DNA of 56,686 nucleotides from a virus (Duplodnaviria; Caudoviricetes): IMG/VR virus record IMGVR_UViG_3300021964_000082, positions 1 to 56,686 of that record; one strand, 5' to 3'. Shown piece by piece: positions 47,088 to 56,686 of this stretch (position 1 is its first letter; each line of letters starts with the position of its first letter). The notes under the pieces were generated by a model. It saw only the letters and a program-made list of their open reading frames with translations, ran no database searches and was not told where the DNA came from. The position numbers and the translations under genes were made by a program.

Positions 47088-49613
47088 ATGGCAAAGATTA
47101 GATTAAAAAAATTACCTGATGGTTTTGAAATCAAAGATGGTAAGATTATAAAGAAGATGCAACACGGTGGTATGATGACTGGAGATCAGTCTGATTATGG
47201 TCTTGTTACATCTCCATATAATTTTGGTAATGATCAATTTAATAATACTGATGATAATAATGTAAGATATTCTTTATCTTCAGTACCAAGAGAGATGGCT
47301 AATCTTGAAGCCGAAGGTGGAGAAACTGTATTAACAGATTTAAATAATGATGGAAAGTTTGGTTTATATAATATAAATGGACCAAGACACAGTAAAGGTG
47401 GTGTACCAATGTACTTACCAGAACAATCATTTGTATTTTCTGATACACCTAAAATGAAATTTAATAGACAAGAGCTTGCAGAGTTTGGTATTGAGTCAAG
47501 AAAGAAAATGACTCCAGCTAAGGTTTCTAAAAAATATCAGCTTAATGAATTTATTGGTGCTATGGCGGATCCATTTGCTGATGATATAACTGTAAAAAGT
47601 GCAGAGTTGATGTTAGATAAAAATCTTATGAGTTTATCTAAACTTGCATTTGGTCAGGAACAAAAGAAAAAATTTGCTGATGGTGTTCCGTTAGCATCTC
47701 ATCCATATCTTATGGCAATGGGAATTAATCCTATTGAGTTTACACAACAAGTGGAAAACATTACAGCACAACAAGCTGCTCAAAGAATGTTTGATGGAAT
47801 GAATCCTGAACAACAAGCTCAGGTTATGGCTTTAAGACAAATGCTAGAGCAGTCTGGACAAATGCCACAACAACCTATGGCTGCATATGGTAGAGAATTA
47901 CCAAAAGCACAATTTGGTAATATTGGTAATTATGGTCTTTCAATATCATCTGGTAGAACACCAAGTTATTCAAGTATAGTACCTATGCCATCTGTTACTG
48001 GATTACTCCCCGGTGATCTTGATAGTGATGGTGATGGTGTAATAAATAAATATGATCCTGCACCATTAGATCCTACTGTTGGTGGATTACTTGCAAATAA
48101 CTCAATACCTGTTGCACCAGCCTCTGTACCGCCTCCTGCACCGGCTCCTGCACCGGCTAGTTCTCCAAGATCAAACAGTGGTTCAGGTTCACGCACAAGA
48201 TCTGGATCAGATGCAAACAACGTAGCATTTGATCCTGCTTTAGTTGAGTATTACAAAAAATTAGGCATTGATATTAATACATTAGGTATTAATGCACTTA
48301 AGTATAAAGACATACAATCATATGTGCCAGGAACTGGTTATTATGGGGGTGCTAAGAAAAATCAAGCTGGTTTCTTTGAAAGTTGGAAAGGCGTATATCC
48401 AGATTTGGATAAAATGCAAGAGTCAATTAAAAAGCAAGTAACAGATGCTGATGGTGGTAACCCAGAAGTTAAGAAATTTCAAAAATGGCTTAATGATGTA
48501 TATATTCCAGAAGAAGTTGAATTAATAAAAAAGAAAACAATTGATGCTGGTGGTACTTGGGGTGATAATGCATCTGAAGAATTAAAGACACGTTTGCTTG
48601 GTGATTATGGTTTTGATCCTAATCAAAAAGGAAAAGCTTATGATGGAGATTTTGGTACCTTTACTTCTTCAAGAAGACCTATAGGTTTTGAAGCAACTCC
48701 TCCACCTGAAACTAAAGACGGTTGTCCTTGTGAAGATGGATCTTATTCTAAAGAATGTTGTCCTACTCCTAAAGATCCTGAATATAAATACACACCACCT
48801 CAGTTTGATTTCTTTACTCAAGATATGCTAAAGATGGGTGCTTTAGCAATGAGAGATAGAGATATGTTCTTGCCCTGGCAACCTGCTGTAGAAATACCAA
48901 AAGTTGATTATGTTCTTGAAGAACCTACTAGACAACTTGCAGATGTAAATGAGCAGTTTAATATTATGGGCCAATCACTTGGTGCATTTGCTGGACCTCA
49001 GTCTTTAAATGCTAGAATGTCTAAAGCTGCTGGTGATAGTCTTAGAGCTAATGCAAATACCTTTGCTCAAGTACATGGTAGAAATATTGGTACCGTAAAT
49101 AAGGGTAAAGCCTTGAATGCTCAGTTTGAAGCTGTAGCTAAGAATGAACAAAGAGATAGAAGTGTTAAGTTATTTGATGATACTCAATTAACTCTTCAAG
49201 GTTATATGGATGAGAAAAACTTGGATAGGGAAACTTTAGCTGATCTTACAGCTAATGCATATACAAATGCAGCAAATGCTTATAACTTAAGTTCTTTGTA
49301 TCCTCAGTATAACATAGATCCAGTAACGGGTGGTGCTATATACTTTACTAATCCTAGAATGTTGGAAGCATCTAGATCACAAACTGCTATGATGACTCCA
49401 GAAGAATATATAAACTTAGCAAAACAGTTGGAAGCTGCAGGTATGGAAGTTAGTGGAGATAAGATGATGGATAGAATATTAAATCAGAATACAAGCAGTG
49501 ATCCAATGACTGATTTAAGAAATCAATATACAGGAACAGGTTATACAGCTAAAAAAGGAACTGAAATAAAACCCTATGCATTACCATTTTATACAGGAAA
49601 GACGGGGTATTAA
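47088..49613 (+). CDS. putative virion cargo protein
   Basis: 841 aa; NLEAEGGETV...GPRHSKGGV...FVFSD motif as recalled from crAss-like cargo proteins; Pro-rich linker. Confidence 0.7.
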   Translation: MAKIRLKKLPDGFEIKDGKIIKKMQHGGMMTGDQSDYGLVTSPYNFGNDQFNNTDDNNVRYSLSSVPREMANLEAEGGETVLTDLNNDGKFGLYNINGPRHSKGGVPMYLPEQSFVFSDTPKMKFNRQELAEFGIESRKKMTPAKVSKKYQLNEFIGAMADPFADDITVKSAELMLDKNLMSLSKLAFGQEQKKKFADGVPLASHPYLMAMGINPIEFTQQVENITAQQAAQRMFDGMNPEQQAQVMALRQMLEQSGQMPQQPMAAYGRELPKAQFGNIGNYGLSISSGRTPSYSSIVPMPSVTGLLPGDLDSDGDGVINKYDPAPLDPTVGGLLANNSIPVAPASVPPPAPAPAPASSPRSNSGSGSRTRSGSDANNVAFDPALVEYYKKLGIDINTLGINALKYKDIQSYVPGTGYYGGAKKNQAGFFESWKGVYPDLDKMQESIKKQVTDADGGNPEVKKFQKWLNDVYIPEEVELIKKKTIDAGGTWGDNASEELKTRLLGDYGFDPNQKGKAYDGDFGTFTSSRRPIGFEATPPPETKDGCPCEDGSYSKECCPTPKDPEYKYTPPQFDFFTQDMLKMGALAMRDRDMFLPWQPAVEIPKVDYVLEEPTRQLADVNEQFNIMGQSLGAFAGPQSLNARMSKAAGDSLRANANTFAQVHGRNIGTVNKGKALNAQFEAVAKNEQRDRSVKLFDDTQLTLQGYMDEKNLDRETLADLTANAYTNAANAYNLSSLYPQYNIDPVTGGAIYFTNPRMLEASRSQTAMMTPEEYINLAKQLEAAGMEVSGDKMMDRILNQNTSSDPMTDLRNQYTGTGYTAKKGTEIKPYALPFYTGKTGY

Positions 49614-49672
49614 ACCTAATAAGTGTATAGAAAAAGTTTTTAAAACTTAATAAATTTTAGTAATTTAGAGAT

Positions 49673-52600
49673 ATGGCAACATACGTACCAGGATATAAAA
49701 GATATGAAAGAGATTTTGAACCGTTTCAGCCGGATTTCAAATTCTTGGACAATGTGTTATCCATAAGACAAGATAGATACAATACCAACTACAAGCAAAT
49801 GAATGACTTGTATGGCAAAATTGTATATGCTGAATTATCAAGAGATGATACAAAAGAAATAAGAGATCAATACACCAAACAGTTAATACCCAAAGTACAA
49901 CAAGCTTCAGGTATGGATTTATCTATTCAAGCTAATGTTGATGCTGCTCAATCTTTATTTACCCCATTTTATGAAGATGATCTTATAGTAAGGGATTTGG
50001 TTAATACTTCATCTTATAAAGGTGCAATGAGAATTGCAAACTCCTACAAAGATTCTGACGATGATGAAACTAGGAGAAAATATTGGAGTACTGGAATAGA
50101 AGCACTTCAATATCAAATGGAAGACTTTATTACTGCAGATAGAGATGCAGCTGTTAATATGGCTCCTCCAACATATGTACCTAATGCAGATTTATATAAT
50201 GTTGCAAATGAATATCTTAAAGAGCAGGGTTATGAGATGAAATGGGTTACGGGGGTAGGTGGTAATTCTAAGTTTATAATTACTGGAGAAAACGGAGAAA
50301 GACTCATACCAACAGCATATGCAGATTTACAAAATGCAATGCAGAATGATCCTCGTATTATTGATGCATATAGAACTGATGCATATGTACAATCTAGAAG
50401 GTTTGCCGCTCAAGGTATGGAAGCAGGTAAATACAATTCTATACAAGAAGGTAGAAACGCTTGGGCTCAAAATACAATTCAAGAACTAAGAGATAGAGCA
50501 GCTAAAGCAAGTCCAATGCTTCAAAAGCAATATGAAGACGCATTGGCTTCAAAAGAAAGTTGGGAAAAATATGCTTCTAATAAAGGTATAACATTATCTG
50601 ATCAAGAAGTTGAATCAATGCAACTTGCTAATACAGAATATGAAGAAGCTTTATTAGCTGTAAAAAATAATCAATCACAATTAGAAAGAGTTTCAACAAC
50701 TGATGAAAATACAGATTATGTAAATCTTGTATCATCATTGTTAATGAGTTATAACATAAGTTCAGATTTATATTCAGCTGCTAAAAACTACAGTATATCT
50801 CATGGTGGTGTAAAAAGTGTTACAGCTAACCCTTACACTAAAATGAAGATTCAACATAGTTATAATAAGGCTTTAGCTAGATACAAAGATCAACTTGAAA
50901 GAAAAAGAACTGTAGATGAAAATAATGCAGCAAGGCAATATTTAATTGATATAGGTGCAGAAACACCTAGCTTAACATCTACAAGAGTTGATGAGAATAG
51001 ACTTAATAATGCAATTGATGCGGACACGGAAGCGGTTCTTTCAAAATATGATGCATTGAGTCAGAAAAAACTTCAATGGCTTAAACAGTATCAATTTGAA
51101 ACAGCTGAAGGACTTTCAAACAGTAAGTCTTTCGTATCAATTACCAATAGCAATGGTGAGGTTATAAAAGGTAAGGTTGAAGAGGTATACAGAAAATTAA
51201 AAGAATCTGGAGATTTAAAAGCTATTGATACAGCGTATGAGTCATCAACAAAAGATTATGAAAATCTAATAGGCCCTGATTCAAAAAGACCAGATTTTAA
51301 TCCTTTGGTTTTAGGTAGTGGTCTTGCAGATATAAGAAAAGAGTCAGCACTTCTTCTAAAAGAAAAAGAAGTACGTGGTAATGTGTATAAGGATTTATAC
51401 CAAATGATCTTGGCTGGTGCTGGTACTGATGAAGATAATACTAATCAAGCTTTAGGAGAAACATTTAAAACTTATGAAAAGCAAGGTGTTCCTTCTGTAT
51501 TAAATTCTGATGGAACATTTAAAACAAAAGCAGAATTTATTAACGAATTTCAGAGCTTCAATCAGTCAGGTAGAATAAAAGATAAAGATGGTAAAGCATT
51601 ACCTGAAATGTCATATCAAGAAGCTACACCTATTTCATCTGAAGAAGTTCAAAAACGAAATGAAAACATTGCAAGAATGGGTGGTTGGTTAATGCTTAGT
51701 GAAGACCCTAATAGTAGTTTATATGCTGGTAGTTTTGCAAATGGTGGATCTGGAAATGGAAATGGATATGCCATGGCCGAAGAGATATATAATAAATATA
51801 AAGATGGATTCAATATGGCTTTGAGTGGTTCATTGAACAGTGAAGTTGATATATACCCTCAATATTCTGCAGATGCTTACTTTAGAGGTATAGATCCAGA
51901 TGAAATGACTTCTTCAAACTTATTTATAGATAGAAGTTATAGTTCTACTTGGAGTGCTTCTACTATGTTAGATGATGCACAAACAAGAAATCTTTATGGT
52001 AATTTTGTAAAACAATGGAATGGTACTGCACCTGAGTTTAGAGTATCAATATCATCAGCTGTAACAGAAGATGAAGGACTCAGTGATGCAAATAATAAAA
52101 TAGCCACACAAGTTTTTGAAAATATAATTAGTAAATCTCAGTCAGTGCTTGTAGATAAAGCAGCTGATGGAAAAGTTAGTCAAGCAAATCAAAATTTCCA
52201 ATATCGTTTGACATATGAACAAACCAAAATGATTAATGGTAAAGAATATGCTGCATATACAATTGATGGTATACCAAGAGATGATTTAAATAGTTTTATT
52301 GCTGGTAGTAAAGCAAAAGACGATAGTGATAATTTTATTGATTTAGATAATATAGATGATTATACTAAAGTTAGTTTCTTAGTACCTAAAGAAAGTGATA
52401 TAAGCCCATATAAATCTGATAATTATAATTTTTCTTGGGTTGATCAAGAAATTAATTTATCTGAAGATGGTATGTTTGAATATTTAGATCAATCAAGATA
52501 TGGCGGTTCATTAAAAGTTTATGAAGATAATGGTGGTTACATGTATGGTTATACACAAGCATATAGAGATAAAGATGGAGTTCTAAAATATAGAACTGTT

Positions 52601-52723
52601 GACTTTATGCCAGCAATAGACACAAGGACCAATGAACCTATAAGCAAAGCTAACATAGATGCTTGGGTTGCAAACCAGATGGCTCTATTGGATTATACAG
52701 CAAAACAAAATTATATTGAGTAA
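49673..52723 (+). CDS. large putative ejection/cargo protein preceding the giant ORF
   Basis: 1016 aa, helical N-terminal half; synteny with the crAss-like ejectosome/RNAP locus. Confidence 0.7.
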   Translation: MATYVPGYKRYERDFEPFQPDFKFLDNVLSIRQDRYNTNYKQMNDLYGKIVYAELSRDDTKEIRDQYTKQLIPKVQQASGMDLSIQANVDAAQSLFTPFYEDDLIVRDLVNTSSYKGAMRIANSYKDSDDDETRRKYWSTGIEALQYQMEDFITADRDAAVNMAPPTYVPNADLYNVANEYLKEQGYEMKWVTGVGGNSKFIITGENGERLIPTAYADLQNAMQNDPRIIDAYRTDAYVQSRRFAAQGMEAGKYNSIQEGRNAWAQNTIQELRDRAAKASPMLQKQYEDALASKESWEKYASNKGITLSDQEVESMQLANTEYEEALLAVKNNQSQLERVSTTDENTDYVNLVSSLLMSYNISSDLYSAAKNYSISHGGVKSVTANPYTKMKIQHSYNKALARYKDQLERKRTVDENNAARQYLIDIGAETPSLTSTRVDENRLNNAIDADTEAVLSKYDALSQKKLQWLKQYQFETAEGLSNSKSFVSITNSNGEVIKGKVEEVYRKLKESGDLKAIDTAYESSTKDYENLIGPDSKRPDFNPLVLGSGLADIRKESALLLKEKEVRGNVYKDLYQMILAGAGTDEDNTNQALGETFKTYEKQGVPSVLNSDGTFKTKAEFINEFQSFNQSGRIKDKDGKALPEMSYQEATPISSEEVQKRNENIARMGGWLMLSEDPNSSLYAGSFANGGSGNGNGYAMAEEIYNKYKDGFNMALSGSLNSEVDIYPQYSADAYFRGIDPDEMTSSNLFIDRSYSSTWSASTMLDDAQTRNLYGNFVKQWNGTAPEFRVSISSAVTEDEGLSDANNKIATQVFENIISKSQSVLVDKAADGKVSQANQNFQYRLTYEQTKMINGKEYAAYTIDGIPRDDLNSFIAGSKAKDDSDNFIDLDNIDDYTKVSFLVPKESDISPYKSDNYNFSWVDQEINLSEDGMFEYLDQSRYGGSLKVYEDNGGYMYGYTQAYRDKDGVLKYRTVDFMPAIDTRTNEPISKANIDAWVANQMALLDYTAKQNYIE

Positions 52724-52778
52724 ATGATGTATATTCCGTACATTATTATATTTAAAACCTCTAAGTAAAATATACACT

Positions 52779-55700
52779 GTGGAAAATAGATTTACAGATA
52801 ACAATAAAGATTTAAGGTTAGAACCTATTATTGATGAAACTCCGAACATTGTTCCGGAGTTTATAATGGATAATAGTGATTTAGCAGAGTTTGAAAAAAT
52901 TGATAGGTTTGAGCTTGATAATCTAATTGATACATATAATGCTGCTAGTTCTGGTTTTAAGAAAAATCCTTCTCCATACGGTGGTGATGTTCAGAAATAT
53001 ACAAAGTCACCAAACAGTGTAACATTGGGTAATTTAGATTTAAGTGATCCTGATGTATTTGATTACTTAATGGCAGAGCCTAGAGTTATGAATCCAGATT
53101 TGAAAAAAGATTTGGATTTAAAAGAACCAATGATGATGAATAAATATGCTGTCAATTATGATAGATACTTTATGCATCCTAAATTTAATGAACTAGGTTT
53201 TAATCCCATGTATGACATGGAGAAGTACTACAATGAAAACTCCACAGCATGGGATGATTTTGGTAGAACATGGGATGCAACATGGGGTAGTGTTAAAGCA
53301 GGTTATCTTAGTGCTCCTAGATCTGTAGGTGATTTATTTAGTGGAGATCCTTACTTTGATACACCTGATTTTCAATCTGCATCTGAGTTTGAGCAATCAA
53401 CAAGAATAGCTCAATCAACAAGAGGTGGTGTTACAGGATTTGCAAATAATACATTTAATCAACTAGGTTATTCTATTGGTATGTTAGGAGAAATCTTAAC
53501 AGAAGAATTAGTTATTTTAGGTGCTTCAGCTGGATTATCAGCAACAGGAGCAGGTTTACCAGCTGGTGCTGCTTTAGCCTGGTTGGGTACATTAAGAAAT
53601 GGTTTAAGAGCTACTAAACTATTAAATACAATTAGAAAATTTAAACCATCTTTATCTGTTCTTACTTCTGTAAAGAGAGCAGATATTGCAAAAGATTTTT
53701 ATAATACAACTAAAGCAGGTGGTAAGTGGTTTGCTAATAGACTTACACCAAACTCAATAACAGCAATAAATAAAGTAAGAGCAGCTAACAGAACAGAAAA
53801 TAAATTATCTCTAATGGCTGCAGGTGCAAAAACATTTGGTGGTTTTTATAGAGATTTGAGAGCATTAAACTTTGCAGTATCTGAAGGTAAGCTTGAAGCA
53901 GGTTTACGCTACAATGAACAAGTGAATATGTTAGCTGCAGATCAACTTGCATCAAATAATGGTGATCCAATTACTCCAGAACAATTAGCTGCAATTCATG
54001 ATAATGCATTAGGTTCTGCTGTAAAAACACTACACTGGAATGTTCCTGTAATATATCTAACAAACCAATTAGTATTTGGTAAAGCATTAAGAGGATTTAG
54101 TCCAAGATTAGCAAAAGTATTTAATCCTACTAAATCTGTATTTAATAGTGAATTGAAGAAGACAGCTGTTAAAACAGCAGAAGGTAAAATTGCCAAAGAA
54201 CTTTTAGAAGATAGTGTAAAAGCTAAAGTAAAAGAATCATTTGGTAAAAGATTTAAAAACATCATACCAAAAACCAGAGGAGAGTTATACTCTTCAGCAA
54301 TAGGGGCAACTCATAGAAGCTTAAGACTTTTTGCAGCTAACCTGGGGGAAGGTACTCAAGAACTTTATCAAGAAGCTATAAGTGCTGGTTTTGGTGAATA
54401 CTATAAAGACATGTACAATGATCCTACTTTAGCAGAAATGGATTCGTTGTTTTTGAGTCTTAACTATGCAGCAAAAGGAACCAAGTCAGAAGGTTTTAGT
54501 TTTGAAACATTTGCTTCAGGTTTTGCAGTTGGTGGTATAATGGGTGGTGTTAATACTTTTGCAATGGATTGGGTACCCACTCAATTAGGAAAGGTATATA
54601 GAAAAGCAGATTCAAAAAGCGCGGAAGAGTACCAAGATATGAAAGAAAAGCAGATGGCTGATATTAATGAGGCATCTACTTACCTACTATCAGATCAACA
54701 AGCTCAACAAGATATTTTACAAGATAGACATAGAGTTAATGCAACTATTCAAAATGAAGCTGCCCGCGAAATGGAAGCTCATGAATATAATGGTGATGAA
54801 GTTGGAGCAACTGATGCAAGAGATAATGCCTTGTTTCATCATTTAGATGTACTAACAGCTTATGGTGCCGAAGATGCTTTTGTAGAGAAGCTTAGAGATA
54901 TTAAAAATCTAGATGATCAAGATCTTATTGATTATCTAGAAGAAGAAAGCAAACTAGATAACAGAAAAGAAGCCAGAAAAGAAGCAGAAGAATTAGTATC
55001 ATCAGGCAAATATAGAGAGAACATTGATAAGACAATTAGAGACCTAGAAAGATATGTTGCTAAGAAGGAAGCTGTTAATGCAAAATATGTTAATCCTGTT
55101 AATCTAAGCAATTATGAAAAAGGTACTGCTGCTTATGCTAATGCTGAAAGACGTAAAAATCAATGGGAACATTTAAAACTATTGACACTATATACGTCTG
55201 ATGGTTTTGATAAAGCAAGAGAGAGATCTGCAATGCATGATCAAAGACTAAGAGCTAGCAAAGTATTAGATAATGTTTCTTCTAATGATATTCTTGCAAC
55301 AATTGACCCTAAAGGTTTAAAGAATGAGCTTGAGTTACTAAGATCTGAAATCAAAGCATTAGAAAATGCAGAAGATAAAAGTGATCTTCCATTCAAGAAA
55401 AAGAAACTTGAAATACTAACAAAGTATCAGGAAGTACTAAATGATCCTAAGAATCAAAGAAAGGATGGTTCAGTAAGAAGAAATGAAGCTGTTAGAAAAA
55501 AGATATCTAATGTTCTTTATGAATACTTTAATCATGTAGGTTCTTCTACAAATGATTTTGTAAATAAGGATGAGTTAAGAAACTATGTAAATGATTTGCT
55601 TGCTAGATATGAGCTAGATGCTAGAGCTGCTCAGTATAATAAGACTTTGAACTTTTTAGAAAACCCTAAAAATTTCACAGATCTTTTTGAGAGAGTTGCT

Positions 55701-56686
55701 GATATGAGAATTAGTGATTTTATGTACTCAAAGGAATCATTGGTAGAAGCTCAGAAGCAAAGAATTGAAAGAAAAGAAAGATCATACTTATTATCTGAAT
55801 TTAGTTCTTTGGGTGTATATCCTGATCCTGAAGAGGTAAAAGCATTCTTATCAACTGGAGATGTTTCTGCTTTAACAACATTTTACTCAGCTACAGAAAA
55901 AATTATAACTCTAGAGAGTGATACAAATAAATCTGCTAGAGCAATTAAAAACTTGCTTGATATATGGAACTTGCAACAACAAGCAAAAGAAGCAAGAAAG
56001 CAAGCAGAAGAAAAAGCAGACAAAGAATCTGTAGAAGCAAAAGAAGGATTAGAACAATTTAAACAAGATGTTTTTGATGGTCCAATCACTAAAAAGATTC
56101 TGGATCAAATGTTCTTATTAGAAAGGGGTCTTGATGATAGCCAGTATTTAAATATGAATGACTGGTTAACTAGTAAGGCTGGTTCTATGAAACTAAATGC
56201 CCTTGCTTCTTTAAAGCAGTTATGGTCTAATGCTTTGAGTGCTGAAGATCAGGGTTCTGTTTACAAAGAAGATGTAGGATTTTATAACTGGATAAAAGAA
56301 AACTTAAATAATCCAGATGTACAGGCAGTATTTAATGAGTTTGCTGTTACACCAGAAGATTTAATCATTGGTAATAAACCAGAGGGTAAGAGTGATGACT
56401 TTGTTAAAGCAGGTCCTAATATTAATATTAGACAATTTACTACTAGAGAAAAGGATACAGATGAAGATATAACTTATTTTAAAATAGTAGATAATAGAGG
56501 TAATGCTTTCCCTGCACGTTATATGCCAGGTGATACAATAAACTACTTTAATAAGTATGATGGTCAAGGTGGAGCCTTGGATGTATTTAACCAGCTGCTT
56601 CCTAAGTTTACAAAGCAATCATACAAGATAAGTGACAAGACTTCATTGTCTTTTAAAGATCTTGTTGAAGATGTAAATGGAAAGCT
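52779..56686 (+). CDS. giant virion protein, N-terminal 1300 aa (probable ejected protein/virion RNA polymerase precursor), truncated by the window edge
   Basis: GTG at 52779 gives MENRFTDNNKDLRLEP...; the same frame reads ...DVNGK at the edge; absent from the track, consistent with no stop in the window; RNAP motif not seen, so identity rests on synteny. Confidence 0.75.
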   Translation, partial: MENRFTDNNKDLRLEPIIDETPNIVPEFIMDNSDLAEFEKIDRFELDNLIDTYNAASSGFKKNPSPYGGDVQKYTKSPNSVTLGNLDLSDPDVFDYLMAEPRVMNPDLKKDLDLKEPMMMNKYAVNYDRYFMHPKFNELGFNPMYDMEKYYNENSTAWDDFGRTWDATWGSVKAGYLSAPRSVGDLFSGDPYFDTPDFQSASEFEQSTRIAQSTRGGVTGFANNTFNQLGYSIGMLGEILTEELVILGASAGLSATGAGLPAGAALAWLGTLRNGLRATKLLNTIRKFKPSLSVLTSVKRADIAKDFYNTTKAGGKWFANRLTPNSITAINKVRAANRTENKLSLMAAGAKTFGGFYRDLRALNFAVSEGKLEAGLRYNEQVNMLAADQLASNNGDPITPEQLAAIHDNALGSAVKTLHWNVPVIYLTNQLVFGKALRGFSPRLAKVFNPTKSVFNSELKKTAVKTAEGKIAKELLEDSVKAKVKESFGKRFKNIIPKTRGELYSSAIGATHRSLRLFAANLGEGTQELYQEAISAGFGEYYKDMYNDPTLAEMDSLFLSLNYAAKGTKSEGFSFETFASGFAVGGIMGGVNTFAMDWVPTQLGKVYRKADSKSAEEYQDMKEKQMADINEASTYLLSDQQAQQDILQDRHRVNATIQNEAAREMEAHEYNGDEVGATDARDNALFHHLDVLTAYGAEDAFVEKLRDIKNLDDQDLIDYLEEESKLDNRKEARKEAEELVSSGKYRENIDKTIRDLERYVAKKEAVNAKYVNPVNLSNYEKGTAAYANAERRKNQWEHLKLLTLYTSDGFDKARERSAMHDQRLRASKVLDNVSSNDILATIDPKGLKNELELLRSEIKALENAEDKSDLPFKKKKLEILTKYQEVLNDPKNQRKDGSVRRNEAVRKKISNVLYEYFNHVGSSTNDFVNKDELRNYVNDLLARYELDARAAQYNKTLNFLENPKNFTDLFERVADMRISDFMYSKESLVEAQKQRIERKERSYLLSEFSSLGVYPDPEEVKAFLSTGDVSALTTFYSATEKIITLESDTNKSARAIKNLLDIWNLQQQAKEARKQAEEKADKESVEAKEGLEQFKQDVFDGPITKKILDQMFLLERGLDDSQYLNMNDWLTSKAGSMKLNALASLKQLWSNALSAEDQGSVYKEDVGFYNWIKENLNNPDVQAVFNEFAVTPEDLIIGNKPEGKSDDFVKAGPNINIRQFTTREKDTDEDITYFKIVDNRGNAFPARYMPGDTINYFNKYDGQGGALDVFNQLLPKFTKQSYKISDKTSLSFKDLVEDVNGK

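Noticed and set aside
2299-56618. Short alternative-frame and antisense ORFs in the track (e.g. 11398..11685, 26054..26395, 34137..34466, 53996..54265, 56361..56618)
   Set aside because: They lie within longer well-supported genes and show the composition of shadow ORFs
1-56686. Stop-codon reassignment (TAG to Gln or TGA to Trp) known in some crAss-like phages
   Set aside because: Long genes are intact under the standard code, and TAG (6178, 16805, 43973) and TGA (3721, 5043, 5306) act as stops at sensible gene ends

Overview
This window is a 56.7 kb AT-rich segment of a crAss-like (Crassvirales-type) podophage genome. The host is probably Bacteroidota/Flavobacteriia, inferred from SD-less AT-rich leaders and TTTG-N19-TAnnTTTG promoters. 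Two small minus-strand genes and a hairpin-rich strand-switch region occupy 1-900. The rest is one plus-strand block: amidase endolysin, HU/IHF-like, PD-(D/E)XK nuclease, GroES, TerL, portal, scaffold-like protein, major capsid protein, ring/adaptor proteins, a Dps-like protein, fibre proteins (one with an S74 chaperone), Cys-rich FN3/vWA proteins, a metallophosphoesterase, a muzzle/tail-stabilisation protein and several large putative ejected cargo proteins. It ends in a giant ORF (52779 to the edge) that the ORF track omits. The standard genetic code fits. Three observations stand out. (1) A 1695-aa cargo protein is built from cassettes delimited by xxxGG(xLPKAQ) motifs and carries a SET domain, three ADP-ribosyltransferase-like modules, LysM and a lytic transglycosylase; the same motif punctuates the next two cargo proteins. 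(2) An intergenic hairpin at 30328-30355 has a 12-nt loop antisense to an AAAAYCAA(CAA) motif just upstream of several start codons, suggesting a trans-acting regulatory RNA. (3) A recurring TTGTAWATT-N6-GT motif is a likely phage late promoter. All protein family calls come from motifs read by eye plus synteny; no database search was run.
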